Origin: Epiperipatus broadwayi
Lineage: Eukaryota; Animalia; Onychophora
Direction: 5' to 3'
NCBI GenBank assembly: GCA_028023455.1
Contig: JAQFVV010000004.1
Span: 17,174,001-17,238,000, forward strand
Length of the DNA: 64,000 nt
In this document: positions 13,701 to 24,170 of the stretch, piece by piece
Numbering within the stretch: position 1 is the stretch's first letter
Layout: the number at the start of each line of letters is the position of its first letter
Position numbers and translations under genes: made by a program
Notes under the pieces: generated by a model
Told to the model about the DNA's origin: nothing
The model's input: the letters and a program-made list of their open reading frames with translations, nothing else
Databases searched by the model: none

Positions 13701-15399
13701 TCTTTAGTTTATTACAAAACATTCTTAACTAAATAAAACACTCCTCTCAGTCTAGAGAATTATCTAAATATTTAATTGCACACAGTTTTTAAATTCATAT
13801 TCTGGCATTCTTTGACTTATTACTTATCTTGGAAATCCAACAAGTCTTACTTCATCATCTCTATTTTCTACATGTGAGATAGTGACTGTTCCTATATTTA
13901 TATTTGTTTTTTCATGTTCTGGTCTTCTGCAGTAAGAGCATGTCCTCACAATAGTAGTAGCACTATCTTGTTTTATTTTATTTTTTATTTCTATTTTATT
14001 AGCAATCATCTGGAGTTCATTAATTTTTTAATATTTTGAAACTTGCATAATTGCTGCACTAGAGTTTCATATGCTATGCATTTTTTCAATAGTCCTTGTG
14101 TAAGTTAACTAGGTTTCACTCATCAATAACTACTGTCAGTCATCCGCCACAATAACTGATCGACAAGGCTGTGCACTTCTATCCAGTACCAAAATTTATA
14201 CTCTTTGGAAACTATATGCAATTCCACATAACATGTTTGTATATTTTCATTTATTGGCTGGTAACTATTCCTAAATGGAGATGTCTAGATGTATTAGTTT
14301 AAAAAAGTTATTTAACTTCTTTATTGAGTCAATATATGGCACAGGATTGCACAATCAAGTAGCCACCTGTAACAATCCTTTGCTCGCTAACCACATAAAA
14401 TTAAACTACTTTTAACTCATTATATATTGCATTACTAATTAATATAATTTTCTGCATGTGTCATATATTTGCCACTTCACTGAATCTCATACATCAAATT
14501 CATTTTAAGTTTATTTGGCAGTGCTATTATTAATTCTGTCGCCTATTTCACAGGACTGAACTATCTTAACTGTAACTTTGCTAATCTGTTATATTGAAGT
14601 TAGCTTAGAACTTCTACCAGGAAGATTTAGGCACAGGAGAATGAGCCACCAGCTGAGCAAGCATCAAAAGATAATCATAAAAAATTAATTTAACAAAAGA
14701 GGAACGGAAAATAAAACTTCATTTATTAAATATACTACTCACAGAAATACAGATATTGGACAGATAGCAACATAAATGTCACACACAATGATATGAAAAA
14801 CTTTAATTTATCACAAGACTTTATTGAATACACAGAATGTTGTTCTCTCTCCAAGCTATTTGCAATGCCATTTCTGAATTAAAGCATGTATTATATAGCA
14901 ACATAGTTTATTTCTTTAGTAAGATATATATTTACTGTTATCTTATAATTCCCAAAGCATATATCATTGCTGTGAACTACTATTACAAATGATGTCCATA
15001 TTTAAATGTTTGCAATGGTATACAATGCTTTAGTGTATGTTTTTCTATTACTGGTCTCATTATATATAGGATGAAAAGTTGTTGGCAGGTAACAGTTTCA
15101 AAGAGAATAATTCAATATATTGGGAAAATATTGCAAATTTTCTCCCAAATTTAAACAACTGATATTAAAATATTGATCTATTTGACTCCTAACCAATGAT
15201 TATTAATTGTTTAAATCATTTTTTTCTTTTCAGAATTAGCAATGTTCTCTCCTTACAAGTGGATAATGTGGCAACTATGCTTTCCATTCTTGTTCTGCTA
15301 TTTACCATTTTTCCAAAGACTGAAATGCATAACAGTAACTACATTACTTAATAAAAGATAGAAGGGATAAAAAAAAAAAAAAGGCTGCATAACCTTGGC

Positions 15400-15715
15400 A
15401 CTAACAAAGGCTTTGAACTTTCCATCATCAGATTTTCAATGAAATGGAAGGTTGAAGAGTTGTGAGTTGGAATAGTTTGAAGCCTGTCCATTAAAGTATG
15501 AAGATTGGCTATCTTAATATAAAGCTGAGTACTGATTATATATATGTGTGAGGATAGTAATCTGGACCAACTGATGATTGCTGGTTTAGCATGAAATATG
15601 TATATTGGTGATTATTTATCTTTTCAACATGTGTGTGATCAGGTGGGTCAGCAATATGAGATGGCACTGAGAGTAGTGGGTCATGTGAAAGTCTGAGTTC
15701 GAATCCCACCTATAT
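15400..15715 (+). mobile_element. Hammerhead/B-box non-coding repeat family, copy a
   Basis: Homologous to 23746-23999, 24000-24170 and 40328-40680. Hammerhead at 15566-15609; GTTCGAATCC at 15697-15706. Confidence 0.8.
15566..15609 (+). ncRNA. Minimal type I hammerhead motif, copy a (stem II base degenerate)
   Basis: ACCAA-CTGATGA-TTGCT ggttt AGCAT-GAA-ATATGTAT-A-TTGGT. Confidence 0.7.
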
Positions 15716-16392
15716 AATAAAGATAGTATCTCAATCAGAAATAGACAAACTTCAGATATTCAAGCCATGTTTCTGATTGTTCTTCATCAAATTCTTGCCA
15801 ATTAAGTAATTTAATTTTTTTCCTATAGTAATTTCCAATATTCCAGTATTAAGTATTTAGTCATATTTAATACAATTATTTAGCATATTTATAACATTAG
15901 AATGGTAAAGATAGCCAATAATATTTAATTATTGGGATGACTTGCATAAACCTGACAAGCTTCCATTCATCTATTTGTTGTTGACATCACTGTTTCCAAA
16001 CAATATCATTCATATAGCAGTCAGTGGTTTTAAATTGCCTATAATGTTAGATTATATTGATATATTTTTAGCTTTTTTTTTTTGGCTGTGATTTTTTGGA
16101 ATATTCATTGATTCTATTTAGCAAAGATTTTAAAATACATTTGATTTAGCAGGTTTCATTTTACCATCTTTGATGAATTCAATTATCATTCCAGATTGTT
16201 ATCTCTAAAATGCTAAAAAATTTAGCAAATTGATGCAGCAATGCTTCACCAGGCACAAGCAACTTGAATCTTTTTAAATTCAGGTAGGTATTTTATACTT
16301 ATCAAACTACACACCTCCTTAGAGTTCTATCTTTAAAAGAAAAATATATCACATGATCACTATTTCTTATGCTTGCTCTTAACTATTATTAA

Positions 16393-16835
16393 AACAGGCA
16401 AAATTCTCTATACGTATTGCCACTCAGTGCAAGCCAGAGTAATCAATGGATGCAGAAGGTTTATGGATAAAATCCCCATCTAGTGCCTACTCATCCAATA
16501 TTCCCAGACTAGTTTCTGGTTTGTGGCACTTATATGACTATATAATCTGATAAGCTTGGATTGAAAATATTATAGTGTTTTCAATTTAAGTCTCATAGTT
16601 TTGTGGTGAAGTAGAGATAAAAGGTAGCTGCTGGAGGGTTGCATTAGATCCTAAGATCTAGGTGCAGTGCTCTCAGATCCAAGGCTCTTCACTGACAAAG
16701 GTCACAACCAGAAACTAGTCTGGGGATATTGGATGAGTAGGCACTAGATGGGGATTTTATGCATGACCCTTCTGGCATCCATTGATTATGCTGGCTTGCA
16801 CTGAGTGACAATACATATGGAGAATTTTGCCTGTT
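16393..16835. mobile_element. Fold-back MITE with ~150-bp TIRs, TTAA-flanked (Kolobok-like), copy 1
   Basis: Arms AACAGGCAAAATTCTC...GACTAGTTTCTGG and their reverse complement surround a ~155-bp spacer. Left TTAA at 16389-16392; right TTAA offset by 2 nt. Confidence 0.75.
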
Positions 16836-17039
16836 CTTTAATATATGTTGACAAAATTACAATGGTAGTATGATTGGCATTTTGTTCAATACCCCTATCT
16901 ATCTCCATTAAAAAAAAAGCTTTATTATATAAAGGTAATTGAAAAGTAATCACTTATTTCAATCATATTTAAAATATACTATTTATTAAAGAAAAGATTT
17001 ACATTAATTGATTAAATAATTGCCACCATTAGTTATAAT

Positions 17040-17925
17040 TTTTTGCCAATAATCAACTAAATTCAGAATTACATTTTTTAAAAGTTTTGTCCTTGGAGGC
17101 AAAGAATGATTCCAAACTCTATTTGACATTACCTTCAGCTTTAGAGTTTTATTCTTTGTGTTGCTCTAAAAATCAGAATTAGAAATAGTCAGCAGGGGCA
17201 ATATCTGGAAAATATGGGGGATGAGGCATAATTTTCTAATCTAGCTGATTAACATTTTCTTGAATCAACTTTGCAATGTGGTTTGGCATTATCTTAAAAA
17301 AAGAGGTGAACATTTGTGTAATAATGTTTGATGTAAACTCTCCAATAATTCACAATAAATAGTTATGATAATAGTCTGATTACATCACACAAATACAATA
17401 GAATATTTTTGAAGTGAAGTCCATCTTTAGTAACTGCAATTGGGATTTGTATTGGAGAAAGCCATTGCCTTTTATGCAGTGCTCATTTCTCTTCACCAGT
17501 TATGATTTCGCTCTAAAAGTCTCACTTGTTCATCTTGTAATAATGTAGTGCAAATTGTTTTTTGTTGTTATTCAATAGTTCGTGATGAATACATATGCCC
17601 TCTCTGAATACCTTTCAAATTTGTAATGTTCTTGGAAAGTTGATCACAAGAAATTAATTTTATAAGATAATTCATATATGATTTGTCACAGATCAAATTC
17701 AACCAGATTCTTAAGAGTATCATTCTTAATAAATGAAACCTTCCAGATTGAGGATAATCAGACACATCAACATTTTCAGATTTAAATTGTCTAAACTACG
17801 CTAACATTTGTTCACCTTGAATATATCTCCAATATGTGGAACAGAATGATGTTAGTAATCTTAATGGTATTCTTTTTTTGATGGAACAAAAGCAATATAC
17901 AGTGTCTCAAATAGTTCTCTTGCAT
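17040..17925 (-). mobile_element. mariner (DD34D) transposase remnant
   Basis: MQENYLRHCILL start, FKSENVDVSDYPQSGR (HTH), DNAKPH and HPPYFPDIAPADYF (mariner YSPDLAPSD motif). Many lesions; TIRs not confidently seen. Confidence 0.85.
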
Positions 17926-18250
17926 TTCATGCCAGCCATCTTAAATAATAATAATGAAAATAATTATTTTTTGAAAAAAAATAACCATAAATATTTAATG
18001 AAAATATAAATTCCTTAATTAAATTTGTATTATATTGTAATAATTCATTAAAAATTAAATTATTTCCAATCCACCATATATATATTAGAAGGTAGAGACT
18101 GATATTCATGATTTAGGAGAAGTTAACAAATATAAATACCTTGCTCAGATTATTAATACCAATAAAAACATAATAAATGAAATTAATTATAAAAGTTAAT
18201 TTGGATACACTGATTTTGATAATCATAAGTTAATATTTAAAGAAAATTAA

Positions 18251-18471
18251 AATAGGCAAAACTCTTCATACAATAGTGCCACTCAGTGCCAGCCAGAGTA
18301 ATCAATGGATGCCAGAAGGCTTGTGCATGAAATCCCCATCTAGTGCCTACTCATCCAATATCTCCAGACTAGTTTCTGGCTTGTGGTCTTTGTCAATTTA
18401 TGCGCCTTCTGACATCCATTGATTACTCTGGTTGGCACTGAGTGGCACTACTGTATGGAGTTTTGCCTGTT
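18251..18471. mobile_element. Same MITE family, internally deleted copy 2
   Basis: TTAA|AATAGGC...GCCTGTT|TTAA. Full left arm, right arm lacking its inner part. Confidence 0.75.
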
Positions 18472-18544
18472 TTAATAACAGTTATATGCTAGCATAAGAA
18501 ATGGTGATCATGTGATTAAAAGAAAATGTGTCTATATATTTGAA

Positions 18545-19015
18545 AAGGAAAGTTTTTAATAGATGTATTTTACCAATGTATTTACCAGTATTTACTTATG
18601 AATCTAAGACTTGGGACATTTAACAGAACAGCAATACATGCTCAGACAACTCAATAAAGTATGGAAAAATGTATGTTCTGAAGTAACTAAAAGGGATAAA
18701 GACTAAAATACTTGGGTAAGAGAACAAATAACTATTACTGACATTATTGAAAGAATTAAGGAAATGAAATGGAGCTAGGGTGGACATGTTGCTACAATAA
18801 ATTATAAATAGACAACTGAAATATTAAACTGAACCCTAAGAGATTGTAAAAGATCTAGAAAAAATACATATGAGAGATGGATGAATGAAAGAAGGACGTT
18901 TGTGGGAGTGAATTGAAGAAAAAAAGCAATGGATCAGAGAAGTTGAATTAAACTTCAGCAAGATCTTTAACTCGCAGTAGATTGATAATATTTGAAGATG
19001 ATGATAATGATGATT
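18545..19015 (+). mobile_element. RTE-clade LINE 3' end, decayed
   Basis: YLPVFTYESKTW, VTKRDK, WVREQ, IIERIKEMKWS*GGHVA; followed by a (GAT)n-like tail. Confidence 0.75.
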
Positions 19016-19424
19016 TTTACATAAAAAAAAATAATTAAAAAATTATTCTTTTATAATTATATAAAAAGTCATAAAAATTAATCTACAATGAACAATATAT
19101 TTTTTATTCTATATATACATATATAAATAAAGACAGCATATTAATAAGTTTGTATATTATACATATCATTTTATAATAGACATATAATCTCTTATAAGTT
19201 TTGGCTCAATAGTTAGAATTTTTTTTCATTATTAGTGTCTTCAAGCAATGGATGTTCTCCAAATCACTGTTGCTTCTATTTTATTATGACTGTTTATCAT
19301 TAACAATGCAAAAAATTATAGAATCTATTTTAAATTAAAACTCTTAATTTTAGAATATGTGATAAGTATTTAATAATATTTCTGTTTTGAATTGATCTAT
19401 TATAAAATGTTTCTTCTTACTTAC

Positions 19425-19584
19425 TTTTTCCGAATAGTTGTTGACTTAATTCTTGCAAAGTTGTTTTTAATTCATGCTCAATAAGTTTAACAGCTTCGAG
19501 ACTATGATGCTGTTGTTTCTCTGATGTTCTATCCCCATTTAATTCAAAAAGATCCAATGATGCATCATTTGATTTGGCAAATAC
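19425..19584 (-). CDS. FARS2: FARS2 coding exon 2 (160 nt)
   Basis: VFAKSNDASLDLFELNGDRTSEKQQHHSLEAVKLIEHELKTTLQELSQQLFGK matches the FARS2 ...HTMEAVKLVEFDLKQTL...LFG region. Acceptor is gatgag, donor GTAAGT. Phase 0 in, phase 1 out. Not in the ORF track. Confidence 0.92.
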
Positions 19585-19956
19585 CTCATCACAAATAACA
19601 AAAACAAATATAAATACTGTTATGATAATATACTACACAAATAAATACACATCAAAAACAACTAAACTACTACACCCATACTAAAACATGAGTTGAAGAA
19701 TTGATGCATCCTCTAATAAACATGTTGTAAAATATTAAGATATTATTTCACAATGACATTATTAGATAGTGCTTCAAAATTCCAACTAAATTAAGTTTCA
19801 CAATCAAGAATTGAAACTTATTCATCCATCTGATTTTATGAATCTATATATTCAAAACATTCAACTTCTTTCAGTCATATCAAATTAGAAAATCAAAATA
19901 AAACCTTAAATTTTATTCAATATTAGCATTACATGCAATAATAAGAAAAAAAAATG

Positions 19957-20514
19957 ATGCAAAATTATGCAATGTTATTAATAATATTGTTACCTACAAT
20001 GTACTACACTAACAATAAGTCAAAACATTTTAATCTTAAAATCAATAGAATTGCAATATATTATCACAACATAAAAATCAATTGTGAATTTTCAAGTGTG
20101 GCAACAAAGTGAAGTTTGAAGATGTATGGTGATTTTAAAAAAAAGCCCCTCAAATTTATATTTATGAATATCTTATTAATAAGCAAAGAAATAGAGAAGC
20201 TTTGATAAAACAATTTAGGGTAATGTGTAAAAATTATGCAAAATTATGCAATGTTATTAATAATATTGTTACCTACAATGTACTACACTAACAATAAGTC
20301 AAAACATTTTAATCTTAAAATCAATAGAATTGCAATATATTATCACAACATAAAAATCAATTGTGAATTTTCAAGTGTGGCAACAAAGTGAAGTTTGAAG
20401 ATGTATGGTGATTTTAAAAAAAAGCCCCTCAAATTTATATTTATGAATATCTTATTAATAAGCCAAGAAATAGAGAAGCTTTGATAAAACAATTTAGGGT
20501 AATGTGTAAAAATT
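19957..20514. repeat. Tandem duplication, 2 x 279 bp
   Basis: Units 19957-20235 and 20236-20514, one mismatch seen (agcaaag/agccaag). Confidence 0.95.
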
Positions 20515-20779
20515 GCCTGACGGCAGGTGATTGGTGTATATATATGATGACTTCAGAAAGTTTTCTATTAATTGAAAAAAGATCTCTTTGATTTCTTTTT
20601 GAAGCCTTAAAGGAATTGAACAGGGTAAATTTCTAATGTCCACAACATGTTATTCTTGTTGCAGCCATTATCACTACATGATTATTTAAATAGTAAATGA
20701 AAATGAATGGATACATCAGCCAACATGGTAAATTTATTGGCATTTTTACCATTGAGTTTAAGATCAAGAAACATCATGA

Positions 20780-21110
20780 TCTATATTCTGTTGCCTAATA
20801 GTTCTTAAATGTAATATCAACTGATTTTCTTGAAGGCAAGATGAAAGTGTGTATGAATAAACTTTTTTTTCTTTAAAGGAGATATTTGCAATTATGACTG
20901 ACAAAACTCATTTTATCCTTATTTATAGGATTACCTATATATTAAGAATCCTTTCTTTGAAAAAAATGCTAAATGGATATGGAAACATCCAAATGAAATT
21001 ATAGCAGAATTGGATTTTATTTAGACTAACAGAAAATACGTATTTCAAGAATGTAATATTCTCAATCAATTCAACACAAGTGATCATCGATTAGTGAAAC
21101 GATGAATGTA
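20780..21110 (+). mobile_element. RTE-type LINE AP-endonuclease remnant
   Basis: NPFFEKNAKWIWKHPNEIIAELDFI*TNRKYVFQECNILNQFNTSDHRLV. Confidence 0.75.
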
Positions 21111-22661
21111 AATTTAGAATTTGCAATTCATTTTAAAATATTATCAGATTTTAAAGATGGTTCACATTTGAATGAAATCAATAAAATAACGTATACAGTA
21201 TTAAGAACTGCAACAAAGATAGCTGACAGAAAAAAAGCAATTTATCAGTAAATTTTTATCTGAAACAAAAGAAGCAAGTATATATATTTGGTTTCATTAA
21301 AAAAGAATCTTGATTGATTCTCTGACAATGAGAAATTAATTTAAAAAAATAGTGACATTCTCTGTTTGATAAAATAATAAAATGAATGTAGTCTCATAAG
21401 CAATAGAAAGATTTAAAGACCGGAGGTTAAAATCGGCAATACAGATTTAAAATATTAGAGAATTAAAAATGCTAAAAAGATAGTCATTTGTTGATTATGG
21501 TTGAATAAACCTTTTTTTTTTATTTTGATGTAATGAAAATAACATGAACTTGAAAAAGAATATAATCCTAATAAATTTGTGAATGGCATTCTTTTATATA
21601 ATAATAAAAGAAATATTTTGTTCACTTTTTAAATATGTTTATTAGAAAACAATTATTTATTTTCAATGAATTCTCCAATAAACAATAATGAAGATAATGC
21701 TAAATTTATTCTAATCTTTGAAGAAGAATATTTTTCAAATTTGTTTATGTAATCCTAAATGGATTAATTAATCCTGATCTCAGTAATCCCAAGAATGATA
21801 AAATTGAAATCCTGATTTCAAAATTAAAACTCTAAAATGACAATTTTTCTTTTGTGAATGTTTGATATCAGATGACATTTAAGCAATCTATAGCAAACCG
21901 AGTATTCAATTGTTATCAAGTGAGAATCAATCCTAAAGCTTAAGGTCAGAATCTCTACTGTGATAAATTACAGAGGGCATTCTTATATATAATAAGCAAC
22001 ATTCTTATTGTTATTAAAATGAGTAATATAACTTTTCAAGAACAGTTCTCTTTACCTTATGCTAGAGCTATCTACTGTAAGTTTGTTTAAACAATGAATA
22101 CAAGATAAAAAAGATTCAAGAGAATTATTCTTGGAAGTATATGAGTTATGCAGAGAAAGTTAAGTAATGTTATTGTTGATAATAATCTTTAATGTATATT
22201 TTCATTTCTTACATTTCATAGATCTTCAATAGTGACTAAAGAGTTTCAATTATCATAAATGAGAACTGAATTTTTTGTTCAATTTTCAGGGGAAAAAAAT
22301 GTAATAAAATTTTTGTGACAAAGTTCTACAATTACACACCAAACAACAGTTTTCAAGTTATTAAAAATTTAGGAGTAAAAAAATTAATTAATAAATAATC
22401 CAATGCTGAGCAAAGTAATTTTTTCAAATGCCTTCTCAAAAAAATCATAAAAAAAGGCAATGTTACTAGATTCGCCAATGTCCAAGTGATGAAAATTTTT
22501 AGATTTTTCAACCTTATTTTAACCCCTAACTAAGTAAGTGTAGAAACTAATAAACCACATAAAATATTAATAAAAGATTTTATAAAAATGTTAAATAAAA
22601 ACACATCTAATATAAATGACCCAGAGTGTATTATATATTTCTACTGCAATAAATTTCTTAC

Positions 22662-23234
22662 TTCGTATTTTGTCTTCAGCCTGGCTCCATCAACTTGATG
22701 AAATACTGGAAAATGGATGTTATCAATACTATCTCTTCTGTAGACATCACCAATAATTAAGAAGTTATCTAAACCACTCCGAATTAAATTCAAATCATGA
22801 GCAGTTGTATGTGCTCGCAACATGTATTTTGTATTAATATAAAAGCTATCAGATAATTTTCGACTTGAATGGTCTTTTGGAACTAATAGATTATCAAAGT
22901 TTTCTTGCAATGTTATAATAGGATTAATGTTTTCATAGACTGAAAATAATGGATTTCCTGATCGATTGGTAAACTTTGAATAAAAAAAATGTTTTATTCT
23001 TTCTTTTATTAGAAAAAGTGGGTGATATTTTTTATTGTGCAAATTGCGGTCAAGATAAGATAAAATATTTGATGTGATATTTGTTCCTTTATCACGTTCA
23101 TAAACTTGTTCTTTAATAATAATTTTAGTATCAGTAACATTTATAACAGCTGTTGTCAGACTTGAAATAGTTGACTGATACCAATAGACAGGCGTATGTC
23201 GAGAAAATAATGAATAAATTGGAGATATCATCAT
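22662..23234 (-). CDS. FARS2: Mitochondrial phenylalanine-tRNA ligase, first coding exon (573 nt, ends phase 0)
   Basis: Translates to MMISPIYSLF...RNLHNKKYHPLFLIKERIK...LRAHTTAH...GDVYRRDSIDNIHFPVFHQVDGARLKTKYE (class II aaRS motif 2, FARS2-like). On the minus strand the acceptor ggtttttgtttttcag is directly followed by ATG ATG at 23234, and donor GTAAGA follows 22662. The ORF-track start at 23252 is intronic. Confidence 0.95.
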
Positions 23235-23745
23235 CTGAAAAACAAAAACCATGGTATTTAAAATATGTTCATATAGATTTTTATATAGATTATATTCATA
23301 TACAGATATAGAAATGCATGGATTTATGTACAGTTAAGCACATACTATGCTTTTATACACATTAAAAACAATGATAAGTCTATAAAAAAAGCATGGATAA
23401 TCTTTTCAAACAATGAACCTCAAAAGATATTCATTGTAAATTGTATCACATCATTTAAAAAAAATTTACAAACATCTTAATATTTAATAACAAAAAAAAA
23501 TCATATAAATTTCGGTACTGCGGTATTAGAGCTGCGACATGAAGAATTATAATCGTTTAATCATTAAATTAATTAGGTTATTAAATCAAAAACATATTTT
23601 AAAATCTACATTTTAAAAAAAAAACAATTTAACAAAAAAAAGTACGAAAAGCATTAATGTGAAGAATAGTTAAAATGTGTGTTTAAATCAAATTGAGTGT
23701 GTGTTTGCACATGCATATTCTGCATAATCTATTTTAATACATTGT

Positions 23746-23999
23746 ACAGGCTTACACCTGCATTTATATATGTAATATATGTGGGATTCGAACTCAGACT
23801 TTCACACGACCTACAACTCTCAGTGCCATCTTATATTGCTGACTCACCTGATCACACACATGTTGAAAAGATAAATAATCACGAATATTTGTATTTCGTG
23901 CTAAACCAGCACTCATCAGTTGGTTCAGATTTATCATCTCCACACATATATACAATTAATACTCAGCTTTATATTAAGATAACCAATCTTCATACTTTA
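23746..23999 (-). mobile_element. Hammerhead/B-box repeat family, copy b
   Basis: Reverse-complement copy of the family with B-box at 23784-23793. Truncated at the fold-back junction 23999/24000. Confidence 0.8.
23881..23924 (-). ncRNA. Minimal type I hammerhead motif, copy b (perfect core and stem II)
   Basis: ACCAA-CTGATGA-GTGCT ggttt AGCAC-GAA-ATACAAAT-A-TTCGT. Stem I has one mismatch and stem III two substitutions. Confidence 0.72.
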
Positions 24000-24170
24000 A
24001 TGAGTGCTGGTTTAGCATGAAATATGAATATTGGTGATTATTTATCTTTTCAACATGTGTATGATCAGGTGAGTCAGCAATATAAGATGGCACTGAGAGT
24101 TGTAGGTCGTGTGAAAGTCTGAGTTCGAATCCCGCATATATTACATATATAAATGCAGGTGTAAGCCTGT
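24000..24170 (+). mobile_element. Hammerhead/B-box repeat family, copy c (created by the inverted duplication; starts mid-core at ATGA)
   Basis: ATGA-GTGCT ggttt AGCAT-GAA-ATATGAAT-A-TTGGT, then B-box at 24123-24132. Confidence 0.8.

Noticed and set aside
15686-15697. GAAAGTCTGAG resembling RNase P CR-I
   Set aside because: No partner CR-V (AATTCAGAC) or P4 pairing nearby; part of the repeat family.
15660-15712. Functional tRNA gene
   Set aside because: Only a B-box; the T-stem is mismatched, there is no acceptor stem or cloverleaf, and it lies within a dispersed repeat.
23235-23252. MVFVFQ N-terminal extension of FARS2 from the ORF track
   Set aside because: This is the polypyrimidine tract and CAG acceptor of the intron.
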